Shown piece by piece: positions 22,791 to 35,570 of a stretch of 64,000 nucleotides of DNA. The notes under the pieces are model-generated. The model searched no databases, was not told where the DNA came from, and worked only from the letters and a program-made list of their open reading frames with translations. The stretch's first letter is position 1. Every line of letters starts with the position of its first letter. The DNA lies in the NCBI GenBank assembly GCA_047495785.1, contig JBLDXI010000017.1, forward strand, positions 1,984,001-2,048,000, read 5' to 3'. Source of the stretch: Lepidodermella squamata (lineage: Eukaryota > Animalia > Gastrotricha). A program made the translations under genes and the position numbers.

Positions 22791-25606
22791 ATGTATTATT
22801 GCAATCTTAAACTGTTGTTTTTTCTCATTATCACTACGGCAATTGTAAAAAAATTAACCGCAAGTACTCGTCTCGATGACGACAGCGGAGAATCAGACAG
22901 CCTCGAAGGCTGGTACTACGCCCCAGCCTCGCTTTTGTTTCCGCCCACTGGCCGCGATCCGGAAAGTGCTTGCGATTTCGATTATTACAACAGCGAGCAA
23001 AGGTGCAGTGGTTGGCGGATCTGGCAGGTCGACAACGAACTCTCTTCCACCGGTGATTACTACTTCCCCCTAGCAGAGACGCCACACTGGCCTAGCGCCA
23101 TCGGCGATTATCGTCTCGAGATTGAAAACATACCAGACGGCGGTATTGACAGAAGCACCATGCAAATCTCGTTCCTATCCGTCGGAAAACCCGCCAAGAT
23201 CTACGTCATGTCACCGGAAGTTAGTTTCGCGACTAATAGACCAACTCAGACGCTATGTTTCTCGTATTACTATCGGCTTATGACTTCCGAACCAGGCCGG
23301 ATGAGAGCGTTTGTTTTGGTGAAGAGGCAGAATTCCGCCAACGACGGATATTACTTCTTCAACAATGCTTCGATTCAAAGTGTATGGTCAGAAAATGGGC
23401 GTTGGCCGATGACTTGGAGCTGGCTAGCTACAACCGTTCAAATAGTACTCCCACGCAACACATCTCGGGCTAGGGTTGTTTTTTACTTGGACTCTGGAGA
23501 TGGGCAATTGGGGCTCGATGACATCGAGATCTACAATTCATCATGCAATCTCCGCCCGAATACTACGACACTTTCGAACAGGAGCGTAAATGTTGAGTCT
23601 CCCTCAAAAGCCCGAACTTGGCCTGGAGCGGCAATTCCTTACGTGATACGGCCTGGTTTCTCCGTTATGCAGCAATCGTTCCTTCTTCGGATTCTCGAGG
23701 ATCTGTTCCGCCGTACTTGTGTCAATTTTCGAAGGCGCAATGACGAACCTGATTTCGTCGAATTTGTCCACACGGCTGAAGGCTGCACCTCGCAAAGGAT
23801 AGGTTTCTATGGCGGCAAGCATCGGGTACATTTGGCCGATAGCTGTTTTGATAAAAGCACCATTTCTCACGAGCTTCTCCATACAGTTGGACTGTTCCAT
23901 GAACACCAGAGACCTGACAGGTAACGGGAGAGTTGATGTTTTATTTAACGTGCTTATAAATTAGCGAAACTTGCAGGGATCAGTTCATTTCGATTTTGAC
24001 CGAAAACATCGACCCGGCTTACAGAGAACAATTCGTCAAGTATCCTACCATGGACAACTTGCTTACCTCTGTTCGATATGACTATGGCTCTGTGATGCAT
24101 TACCGCGAAAACGCTTTTGCCGCACGGCGTGGTCTTAAGACGATGCAACCGAAAACAAACGCCACTACCGTGCCAACGCTCGGAAATTTGCAAGGCCCCG
24201 TAACATCAGACTGGCAGAAGGTTGCTAATTTATATTGCTCTGGAACCGTAAAGCCGATAGCTGAATCGATATTGCCAAGAAGTGCAGCGTTTCGACCTCG
24301 TATCTGGGAGAACGGTGACATCCCTTTTGTCCTCGACCCAAAACTCTCGGAAGAGCAGCAAGCGGCAATCAACTCCGTAATTGCCGAAGTTAACTCGAAA
24401 ACCTGCGTCAAATTTCGCCCGAGGCAAAGCGCCGATGCCGATTATGTGTATTTTCAACTTACCCCCAGTGAATGCTTCGCGAGAAGTGGTAAAATAGGCG
24501 GAAGGCAAGTCGTAACTCTGTATCCTGGTAGCTGCTTCACTCGACCCTTGCTGTTCTGGATCATTTTTCATATACTCGGCCTGGATGCTGAGCATCGCCG
24601 GCCAGATCGCGACGAGTATGTCTCCATTCAGTCGCAAAACATCGCCGATGGCCACTTGGAATCTTTTCAAAAGTTTGAATCCATGGATTGGAGAGTTATG
24701 TCGGTTCCGTACGATTCGCAATCGGTGTTGCACTACAGCGGCAGTGCTTTCGCAAAAAGCAGATCTTTAGCAACCATAGTTTCGAAAGAGAACGCATCAG
24801 CAGTTCTTGGGAACAGAATCGGAGCTACCCCACTAGACTACGCCAAAATAATTCGCCTCTACAACTGCAGTACACAGTACTGGAAGGATGTCCCTCCAGC
24901 ATCTGACGCCTCAGTACCATATTCGCCCAAGAAGAGTGTTTTCAATGGCAATGTCGACTTCATCGAAACTGTCGACAATCCAGAAACGCAACCATCGTTG
25001 GAGATGAAGCCAGATCTGTGGCCAGGCGCTAGAATTCCTTATGTCCTGAATGATCAGCTGTTTTCAAGGGCGGAAAATCTCAAGATTTGGTCTTCATTAC
25101 GTGATTTCAACTCAAAAACTTGCCTGAAGCTTTTACCTCGAGCGAATGAGTCGGATTACGTAGAATTCTTGCGATCGGCGAATGGCTCTACTCCAGGCGG
25201 TGCCTGTAGAGCATCTTTCTATGGTCGGAAGGGCGGCAGGCAAACAATCGTCCTTCCGGACGACTCGTGCTTTACTTCAAGTTATTTCATCTATTTAGCA
25301 TTTTTGGTGACAGCTGGAATTCCAGATGAGCACCGGCGGCCAGATCGCGATAGTTATATAGAAGTTTTCTGGGAAAACATAGACGATTCTGCGAAACCGT
25401 TTTTCGTCGCATTTGCTTCAATAGATGAGCGCATTCTTTCAGTGAAATATGATATTTCTTCAATAACGCATTATTCGGGCAGCGCCTTTGCCAAGCAGGC
25501 TGGGCTAAGAACTATGAGAGCGCGAGCTAGCGATTCTTTGCAACTTGGCGATTCAAAGCTGCCCACGCCACTGGATTACCTGAAAATTTCACAGCTTTAT
25601 TGCTGA
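22791..25606 (+). CDS. Secreted MAM plus three tandem astacin (M12A) domains; exons 22791-23920 and 23977-25606
   Basis: Signal peptide and MAM (CDFD...LCFSYYY...LGLDDIEI). Three repeats start W-P/E-x-x-x-IP(Y/F) and each carries EHxRPDRD. Domain 1 has HELLHTVGLFH and Met-turn SVMHY. 56-nt GT-AG intron at 23921-23976. Confidence 0.9.
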
Positions 25607-25989
25607 GGATTGTCAAACATACATGATCTTATTTATAGGCTTGCATCCAGTCCTTACTCCGTTAACATTCGACTCGTTCCTTCCAACCCGGTTAATTTTT
25701 ATGAAAGTCTCGGTTGATGAAAAATAGTAATCATTATTTGATGTTATTTTCAATAAACTTGATTCAATAAATTTTACTACATCTTGGACATACCAACGAA
25801 AAATCAGAGATGAATTCTGCAAGGTCATGCACCCGGCCGTATAAAAGCGCGGCGTATCGAATAAAAAACACGTTCGAAAAATGAAGAGGTCAGTTCATAT
25901 CAGTGATGGTGCTGATGCTGCATGTTGGGCGGATGCCAGAAAGCGCATCAGGCGCTGTTTGTTAATGGTTTCAACGGACTGATCAGCGG

Positions 25990-26900
25990 GGTCGGCGATG
26001 CTGCTTTTCGCCTTGTCGTACCACACGACGACGTATAAGGTCCGTCGTAGCGCGGATCGGAACTGGTCGCTGCACGGGGGGAAACGGCCGGTGATTGGCG
26101 CACGCACCGATGCCGCGGCGGCGGCAAACGATTTTGTCTAAATTGTCGAGGCGTTTTGATCGAAGTTGTTTCTGGGCAGACATCGCCGGTGTGCGGACCA
26201 GCCATAAACTTGTGAGTTGTTTTCGGAAGCATGGCGAACACGGCGTCGTGCGATGGCAGCATGCCGTATGCCATGCGAGCACGGAGTTGCTCTTCGTGTT
26301 GTAGGCAGTGGTGCGGCGTCTCCTAATGCCTAAGTGCGGTGCAAAAGGCCTGCATCACCGCGCCATCGACGTTCGAGATGAACTCTTCGGGCATTTCGAA
26401 CTTTCGAACTCGCATTTTAGCGGGACGAAGCGGGACGGCGGTCGCGTACTTCGTGAATGCGTCGATGAAGGTTAAGAGGCTGTGCTGCGCCGATGGTGCG
26501 AGCGGGCCAACCAAGTCACTGGTCAACAACGACCACGGCTCATGTGCGTTTACACCAACTCTAGGAGCGGGAGCGAACGGGAGCGAGAGTGAACGAGAAC
26601 AACAATTGCATGCGCGCACCGCGCTTATACACAGCGGGGCGCGAAAGAGAACGAATGCGCGCGACCCTTGCAACCTGCGCCATCGCCTCGCTGGCCTGCG
26701 CCGTTCAAGAATGCCGGCGATTGTTTCAGCCGAAAGAGCCGCTACACCACTTACACGACTACAGCCGGTTGTTAGTCGGTTCCGACCTTCGCTTTTTCGA
26801 TGTCTACACTGGCGCGGCTGTGTCCAAGCACGGCGCCCGGGTATTCGCATGGTCTTCGCTATTCGGCTGTGCCGAGGTTCGCCCGGGTGTTGAGGCAAAT
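25990..26900 (-). mobile_element. Degenerate Ty3/Gypsy LTR-retrotransposon integrase fragment
   Basis: H2C2-like HSRIAKT...CNCC, core PWSLLTSDLVGPL...LLTFIDAFTKYATAVPL, and TTAYNTKSNS (TTAYHPQSNG-like) in another frame; frameshifted. Confidence 0.75.
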
Positions 26901-28706
26901 GTTGGCGACACGAAGTTGCCAGTTCAAATTTGGCGAACTCAACCTATACCAGTTGAAACCCTGGCTTATGCCCTATCGAGACGCCGAACCAGCAATTTCA
27001 GGAGGAACTCTGACTTCGACCCAGATGAAACTTGAACTTAGCCATGGTGTTCGGAATAAGGTTTGACAGCGTAACCTAACCTGCAACTGTTTATCGCACG
27101 AATTTCAAAGCACAATGCTGAGTCACCGTAAGGGGAAAACGGCCGGTGACTGGCGCACGCAACGATGCTGCGGCGGCGGCGCTCTTGAGCAGCGGCATGC
27201 ACAATTTCAGAATTATCGATCAACAGCCGCTGCTCTAAGAATCGCATCATCACAGCCATCAGCATGTTGTTTTGTTGTTGCTGCTTCTGTTGTTGTGGTT
27301 GAAGTTGCGATTCTTGCTGCTGGCCATTCTTGCTCCTTCTGCTCGAGGCACGCGGAGACGTGCTTGGCGTATCATTTGACTTAGCGGAGTTAATTAAGAG
27401 TAGCCTAATAAGTCTGGACCAAGAGTGGTAGATTTACCTAGTCAACGAGGTTTGCGCCATAATTTTGGAATCTCTAAGTCCGACGCCGCAGATTACCCGA
27501 ACCCGAACCCTCATCCTCTGCAACCGGCTACAGCAGAAGAACATATTAGCAACATAGAACACCGGCTGTTCATCGGCCTACGTCGACTGCACCGCGCGCT
27601 GTCGACTGGTGGTCCCATTTCAATCAGCAAATCAACAGCGCCTCAGCAATCGACCAATCCGATTATCAATAACACGCCATCGTTGGCTACTACTGGTATG
27701 CTGCTAAAACAGGTGAATTTAGTTGCTAAATTTATTCGCCAATCATCTGCTCTTCTGCAGCAAAAACAAGAAAACAAGCTTATTGCAGCCGGCCCAAGTC
27801 AGCTGGCAATATGTGGCGGTGGTGTTGCTGCGATTGCACCCGCGGCTCGAACAGATGCGCCTTCTTCACTTGTCGCGGAGTCTTCGGCGACAACCGCTTG
27901 GCGAACAGCGCATCTTCGAGCCAACCAGCGCCGAGAAATCTAACCGCACGGCAATCGACGACTGCTCACTCGAGGGGCTCGAGATCTGTTCAAATGACGT
28001 TTTGTTGCGCGCGTTTTTGTTTTCTTTCACGAAGCGCATCTTTTTGAACAAACACTCTTCGTTCGCCTTTTGGCGACGACATTCAGCGATTATCGACCGC
28101 GCCCACGCTGCGGTGAACCAGTAGGGCAACGATGAGCGCCGGCGCCCTAGTCTTCGTGCCGCGCGCCGCTGCCGCCCCGGCAGCTATTGTGCGCCGCGCC
28201 TGAATGTCATATGTAGCCGAAAACTTGAAGGTCCGAATATTTTTTTTGCTGCGCAATCATCGAAACTGGTATAAATAATTAAAATTTATATGGGAGACGA
28301 CTTTTTTATATCTTTTATCACTGCTTTCATTTTCCTGACCAGCCAGATACTTAGGTTACCAGCTGATTTTCATAAGTTTTATCCGCACCCAGTGTCTGTT
28401 TGTGCCGTAAAGCCAACCATCAACTTTGAAAGCGAATTGAATTGTCGCTAAACCTGAACCCGTCGATAAAGCCTGATTATGCCAACAACAAGGATGACCT
28501 GAACTAAAAGCAGCAAAATTGTGCGTATTCGCGAATTCAGTTGTGCGCAAACTTTTTTAACAACCGGCGATATTAGCGGCTGGAAACCGGCATCACCAAC
28601 CGGTCACACTGTCGGTACATTATTTTCATGCGATTTCGACCGCGCCGATGCGTAGTGCGTAGGTGAAGGCGTTATTCGCAACCGGCTCGATGGCCGAAAT
28701 AAACTC

Positions 28707-29030
28707 ATGAACCGGAAACACGAGGAATTTCATTTGGTTGCTGTTGCAGTTGTTGTTGAGCAGGTTGTTGAGCATTTCGAGGCGCTTGTTGCGCGACGAC
28801 TTGCGGCGGTGATTCAAGAAAGATGGCCAACATCGGGCAAGCCCCTCGAGGAATCGACTGGCATGAGATTCGTGATGTCTAATAGGCTCAACCAAGATCC
28901 AATAGAGCAGTTGTTTTCCCTATTTCGTTGCTCTTGCGCTGAAGCTGACCCAAGCTTGTACGACCTTTTTATAGCTGCTGAGCCACATCTCCTTATCGCA
29001 ATTATTCCTGTTTGCGGTGTGCCTCGATGA
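28707..29030 (+). mobile_element. P-element/THAP9-type transposase remnant
   Basis: RFVMSNRLNQDPIEQLFSLFR matches the P-family motif (Y/F)xxTxRLNQDxLENxFSxIR; the surrounding sequence is degenerate. Confidence 0.7.
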
Positions 29031-30165
29031 GTCGAAGGTAAAAAAGCACGCTGGTAATATCTATCCATCGGCTATTTAGCTATCTTCTATCTATAAGTTC
29101 CGTGTTGTGTTCCCCGGTTGCGATTTTTTCGCCGCATAAAGCGTTTGTTCGTCCCAAATGTATATTTCGGCTAACATTTTCCAATTTTTGAACTAGCTTC
29201 ACTCCGTGGCGCGTCAAAGCGAATTGTTGTCACACCCTATATATCCAGCTGGCTGCGCACCTTTGCGCGTCGTCGTGTGATGGCTTGCGCGTCAAAGCGA
29301 GGCGCCACAGTATAGTTGCGCATCTGCGCCAAATATCGATAAACACCCAACACCCCAAGGTAATCATTGCACTGTGTCTTCCGTTGATTCTCGTTAGTGT
29401 CAACATTACAACACATTGCCCTTGATAACTGAAAGTTGAACAAAACTAACAACTCCATAATTGAACTATTTTGCATTTTTTTCTACATCTGAGAACCGGC
29501 CGACGAAGTAAAAATAATCTCGACAACGCGACAAGGTTTTATGGTGGCCACAGTGGGCGGCTGTTGGCCAGTTGTGAGTGGCGGCGAGTATATCTGATTG
29601 CAGCGATGCTGCAAAACACGCCGAACTCGTCCGTCGAGACATCGTGCAGTTGCTTGGTCAGCAGCATCTTTCTTTGGCACGAGAGTGCAGACAGATCGAG
29701 CGGGTGCTCGAGCGTAGTGGCATTTCTCAGCGCCCATGAGGCGACAAAGAGGCTCGGCGGTGCGGGCGAAATCGGGCATATGACACACACAGCAGACGTG
29801 GTCGGGCACGGAACTAGCGCAAGCGGCTGTCGACCTGGCTAAGGGCGTCGCTCTTTCCAACATAGCTGCGCAACGGCGACCACCGCCGTATCTTGAAACC
29901 ATTTGAAACGATAACGGCATGGTAGGCCGTTATAAGTTGACTGAGACGAAATATCGGCGAGCGCAAATATCGCTCGCGCTGCTGCCCAGATCGGATGAGC
30001 CGGTTGGGCTGTAAATTTCGAATTCCGAATGCCGCTGCGGCCTGGAATGATCGACTGGCGGTTGTAAAATTGAACTTTCACGTAAATCGGTGGTTTGCTG
30101 CATTCTGTTTGTTGAGGAAGAAAAAAAGAGAAAAAAAAGAAAAAAATATAAAACGGATGCCCATC

Positions 30166-30237
30166 AGGCCCAGGCGGGAATTGAACCCGCGATCTTCTGT
30201 TTACGAGACAGACGCTCTACCACTAAGCTACTGAGCC
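30166..30237 (-). tRNA. tRNA-Thr (anticodon CGT)
   Basis: Minus strand GGCTCAG TAGCTTAGTGGTAGAGC G TCTGT-CTCGTAA-ACAGA AGATC GCGGG-TTCAATT-CCCGC CTGGGCC T forms a full cloverleaf with A and B boxes. A T-rich Pol III terminator follows (A-runs at about 30120-30146 on +). Confidence 0.95.
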
Positions 30238-33200
30238 TACGGTTTTTAGCTAGTAGTTCTACTGAGCACTATACAGTCACGCTATCCGAGTGTGTGTTTA
30301 GTAGTTTCCCCACGAGCTATGCATAATTATTTGCACACTCCAGTACTTGGCTATGAATGAATCACCCATCCATCACCTTTGTAATCACAAGTAAAAAAAC
30401 ATGGCGTAGCATGAATCATCTAGACTCAGTATTGAGGCTGCATTACAGTGAGCGCATTTACATCTAATATACAACACATTGCAAAGCCGCAAAAGAACAG
30501 TTTCTTCACGTTTCGCGTCTCTTTCTACGCCTTTTCTCTCTAATTTTAGTGCGGATCACATTTCGCATTGGCAATAATTACTACCAGGTCATAGTTAATT
30601 CGAAAGCGGTCGCATTTTTGGTATGCGAGGATTTTTCGGTTGTAAATTTTTGAAAACTTAGCATTGTTTTTATATAGGGCATGAAACATAGGACGCCGCG
30701 GCCCCGATGCTCCTCTTAGATTTCCTTGAAAACATGGAAGAGCAAACATTTTTTGCGAGGTTGCTCTTTTGCGTCACAAATAATATTGGTGGTCGTTTAT
30801 ATTAATCGGCGCCACACTTATCCCACGAATCTGCAAATGAGTGCGAACGCGGTGCAGGTGAAGCACTAGCCGAACGGCACCGCCGACTCCGGGCTGAGTT
30901 CGGCGCACACGTTGCCGCCGCTGGGCAACTACTCGGTGTGGTCAACCAGGCCGAGCTCGCTGCCAAAAAAAGCAACGGCGCCGAAAGCCGAACTGCGGCG
31001 GCCACTCGACGCCTTCGTAAGTCTGCCTCACTAGTTTTAATTATGATGGCGCCTTTCTTCATTTTTGACTGATTGATTCGTGTTGTAAATCTTGTGAAAT
31101 AATAATATTTGATGCGCTTCGATGCGCTGTGTCGTCGTGGCCGGTATCTAAAATACCACCAATTAATAACAACAACAGACCGTTGTCTTCGCCCCGCTGC
31201 TTGGCGCAACTCGATATTTTTTACATGCTCCGCGCGCAAAAAGGCGTCGTATGACTGCTAATATTGTTTTCATCATAATCATCGAACTAATGTGTGATTT
31301 TCTCAAGTAACGTTAGATTTCGCGTTGATTAATTTCAGGTGCCGTCATGCTTGCTAGGTGCCAGCAGGCTCGCGAGCGTAAACAATTCAACAACGCAAAA
31401 CAGGAATTGCAGCAGCAGCAGCGGCGCCGGCGTCTGCTACAACATGCGATGCTGCCAGCCACGTCGCTGCAACCGCAGCAGAAACACACCGTCTCAATAA
31501 CAACCGCCCGACTCACGCCCTCATGTCAAATCATCTCGACATCGCCGGATCGCCGTTGCTGCAGGCCACCACCATCAAGCACTACAGCCCGCTCGTCGGC
31601 GACCTGACCGAACAGAAGGGCACGAGTTTCATCGTCACGGAGGCGGGCATTCTCGAGCTGGTGCGCTCGCTGCTGCTGCGCCTCGTCGACGGCACTGACT
31701 CATTCGACCGCTTCCGCGGCCAGGGCCTCGCGGCATGTGGCGCAACTCGCTGACGTGCGGCGGCACGGCGCCGCCCATTCCGAACAAGTCGAATGACGCG
31801 CGTTGGTTTCGGTGCGCAATTCTTGTACTATCGCTCTCAGGCTCACCTGTCCGACCCCTACGCCGGTCTCGTCACAGGAAAAATAGCCCCTGCCCCCTTG
31901 TTTCCGTTACATAATACTCGAAGTAAGTTCGGATTTTGTGCAGATTTTCAAAATTTCTAAAGGCACCTAAACACTCCTGAACTCACAACTCCTGGTAATT
32001 AATTGCGGTTTAAAAAAGGATTAAATAAGTATAAAATTTAAAATTTAAATTAAAAAAATGGAACCTCGCAATGTTATTTAATGCATAATTTTGCTGGTAG
32101 GAATGTATCGCAGTGTGTTGGAGAAGAAAATGTGAGTTTGAAAACGTGATGAAAATGGAGCGAAAGTTGCTGGAAAACGAGCGCAATTATGCCGCAAAAG
32201 CCACAGCGGCGGACGGCACCTCGGCCGAATCGGCGCCAGCCCGGCCGCGAACAGCCCGGCGACGGATCGCAAACTATCGTCGCATAACGGCCGGCACGTG
32301 GCTTCCGCTGCGCCTCGACGGCGCGTTGATCAACGGCCGGAACGGGTGCCAAAAACGGTGACGCGCTGCTGAATGACGATTTCGATGCGCTGGCACAATT
32401 ACAATGAGCGCCTGCCATCGGGTTGGATGGTGACATCAGGTTTTGTACCCGACAGCGTATGGCAAACTTTTCTTACAGCGATAACAACAAGTTTACAACC
32501 ACGGTCAACTCGCTGTTTAGTCGTTGTCTCCTTTTTTCCCTCTACGCACCGCTATCTTTAGCTTTTACAACCGCTCACGATAACCACCCTGTCTTCGTTA
32601 ATTTCCATTGCGCTCCTCCGTTAGAGCGCTGCATCTAATTTTCAGGGACGATATATGATTTATCGTGCTTGTGATATTGCTAAAATACTTGCGTTGTATG
32701 TGTGTGTTTGTATACGCATAATAGCTTGAAAAAATAGGAAACATTGTAACGTCTCCGCACTCGATACACTCTTACTTCGACCGTTTCAGCGTTTCGATTG
32801 TCACCGATTAGATAAATTTCGGCACGTTTCACTCGCCGTCAGCTAGCGCCTCATTTATAACAGCGTTTTGCGCGCGCAATATATAAGTGCGCGGTAGAAA
32901 AGATAGAAGCGCGTAAAAATGCGTTGCTGTTTTATGAATGAGATTTTATACGCACAAATCAGAGCGCACCTTCGTCGACAAGCGCGGCTTTCCATTATGC
33001 TTTTCTGTCATTGATTGAGTGTAGCTACAAAGTGTAACTATTGGCGAAAACGAAAAAATCAAGGATTATTATTCTTATCATATTTATATTATTATATAGC
33101 AAAATATTCCGCATTTGCTCATTATTAAAAAATAACATCATCTTTTATTTTCTGCGAGCCGCGGCGTACTGTTGTACATGTCATGATATGCAGGGTTGCT

Positions 33201-33288
33201 AACTAGCCCTGTGAAAGCGCCCTGTTGCTCTTTTTCCAAAAATTAATATTATTTTCTTACATTTTTCTGTAGATTTTTTCAGAAAATT

Positions 33289-34587
33289 ATGACTGAGGCT
33301 AATTTAAGCAAGGCGCTTGTGCTAGATCCTGATGCAGCCAAATATTTCCAGTCGATAGCTAGCACCAGTTTGGTACCGATGGTGCAAGACGCCGTCAGGC
33401 GGAAAGTTGACGAAGACGTCGAGGTTCGAATAATCGTCGCCGGAGCAAGCCGGGTCGGCAAATCACTTTTCATTCGAAAATTCCTCAATTACCCAGCCGG
33501 CGACCCGCGTGGTCCGAAATTTGGCCAGCGAAACGAGCATCGAACTACTGAACTCATCAGTTACAAACGCGACGAAGTCCCTGGTATTGTAATGGACGAT
33601 GCGATGGGCATCGGTCACGGTCAGATGAAGGTGAAGCCAGAAAAGTACTGCAACAAGCTGAAGCTCGACAAATATGATGTCGTGATTCTGATGACATCCG
33701 GGCTTTTCGCCGACGACGAGCTTGGGCTGTACAATTACGTCAAAAAATTGAAAACGAAACCGCCGTGTTTTCTCGTTCTCTCCCACTTCGACGCTCATTT
33801 GAAAGATGAAATCGAACTACATGGCATTGAAGATGAGCTTTTGGCTGCCAGCCAAGTTCGAGAGTCAATGCTGGGTACAATTAAAGGCCAACTGAAATCG
33901 AATTCAGAACAGGAGACTGAACTATTTTGCATTGATAATCGAAGACCTGATCAGCATGACTTTCCAAAGCTACAAAGCGAGATTAGCGCTGCATTGACTG
34001 GTGAAAAGCAGCGATTGGCTGAGAAACGGATGTTCCAGCTCTCTGACGAGGCGATGAAGAAAAAGGCGGAGGTCTGGAGGAAAGATTTGCCTCTCGTTTC
34101 GATTCCAAGCGGCGTTGGTGGACTGAGTCCCATTCCAGGCACGGATATCGCGGTTGAGGCCGGTTTCATCGTCCTCATGACGCTGAAACTCTACCGAGAT
34201 TTCGGCCTATCAGAGGCTAAACTAAACGAGATATGCGATACTTATGGCTTGGACTCTGCTGAAGTTACGCCTCAAATTCGAGCCAAACTTAAATACGCGA
34301 AGGTTGATATTGAAGCAGTCAAGGATAACTTGAAAGATCTGAAAACGCTCACTGGATTTCTGCTGAATTTCGTAAAAATCGGAGCTGCTCCAATCGCCCT
34401 GGCAATTGCTGGCGATGATATGGCGAAAGTGGTACCGGTTATTGGAACTATTATAGGCTGCACGATTGGCGCATTGACGAATTATTTCACGACTTGGTAT
34501 TTTCTGAAGAAAATCGTCGACGGCTGTGAGCATGATGGTTTAATTGTTGTCAACGAATTTCGACGTATCTTGGCGGCTGCCGAATAG
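33289..34587 (+). CDS. Immunity-related / interferon-inducible p47 (IRG)-like GTPase, intronless ORF
   Basis: G1 GASRVGKS, switch-I TT, G3 DAMGIG (IRG DLPGIG), G4 position VLSHFD, HDFPKL (IRG YDFPxL), C-terminal SGVGGLSPIPG helix motif and Y-x-x-FGL. AATAAA near 34629. Confidence 0.75.
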   Translation: MTEANLSKALVLDPDAAKYFQSIASTSLVPMVQDAVRRKVDEDVEVRIIVAGASRVGKSLFIRKFLNYPAGDPRGPKFGQRNEHRTTELISYKRDEVPGIVMDDAMGIGHGQMKVKPEKYCNKLKLDKYDVVILMTSGLFADDELGLYNYVKKLKTKPPCFLVLSHFDAHLKDEIELHGIEDELLAASQVRESMLGTIKGQLKSNSEQETELFCIDNRRPDQHDFPKLQSEISAALTGEKQRLAEKRMFQLSDEAMKKKAEVWRKDLPLVSIPSGVGGLSPIPGTDIAVEAGFIVLMTLKLYRDFGLSEAKLNEICDTYGLDSAEVTPQIRAKLKYAKVDIEAVKDNLKDLKTLTGFLLNFVKIGAAPIALAIAGDDMAKVVPVIGTIIGCTIGALTNYFTTWYFLKKIVDGCEHDGLIVVNEFRRILAAAE

Positions 34588-35570
34588 CCAATGAGATTTT
34601 TCATTTTTTTCACGCCGATGGTTTTGCGAATAAAAGAATGAATCATGATGGCTGATTTGTAGTTATATTTTTCGAGACGTTCCGTGTTGTAAGCACCGTA
34701 ATGAGAAAGAACACGTCATTACCACCTTCCCTTTCAGAGATCAAACTGCGCCTTGTTATGATGTAATTCCCACGGCGGAACACTCTGCGCGCACGCTGAA
34801 AGTGAGTGCTGAACGAGAAAAAAGCTGGTATTATATCGTAAAACGTATACCTATATTACGGCTCATCGTCTCCGGTAGGTATCGGTCTATGTAGATGAAA
34901 GCATAAATCATTTCGAACAATGAGTATTATAGCTCTGGTTTTTCTTCACGTTGCGAAATACGCAAAATCGGGATTTCTTCTCGTTCTGCTTTCAGGATAG
35001 CACAAGATATACCTGCTCATTGATCATTATTTTGAACACTCGCACTGTCGATAATATCTATACGTCCCAATTTTTGTAGCTTAATCTTCGAGGTGTAAGG
35101 GGCCACATTTAGTTATATTGTTTTCTTTTAATAGAAAATTTTCATTCATCTGGGCGCCGCTGCAAAATAAGTGAGCATTCGTGTTTATTCGCGTCTTTGA
35201 CACCTCTCCTACTCATATTAGTGATATGGAGGCATTATTTTATAGACATAATATTATTATTTCACAGCCTTAATTAGTCGAGATTTGATTGTGACTGCGA
35301 GCGCGCTTCAATGGCCACAAAATATACTTGTGGCGATATGTATGCTATATTTTTGAGAGCGCTCTTTCACTTCACTGAAATAACAAAATCTGCAAACCGC
35401 CCACACGATGCCATACATATCTCGATCACAGATTTTCTTAAAAAAAATGCTTAGAAACCCTACAGAAATTACTATCTCGCATGCCAGAAACCTTCGTAAA
35501 ATGCTGGCATAATTTTCGCTTGGTTCCCATTTTTTAGGCTAATTTTGTATCGCCCTTATAGTAAAAATTT

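Noticed and set aside
27425-32640. Many GC-rich 60-170 aa ORFs in the TE-rich interval
   Set aside because: They overlap in several frames, have low complexity, and show no recognisable domains or consistent splice models; probably decayed repeats.
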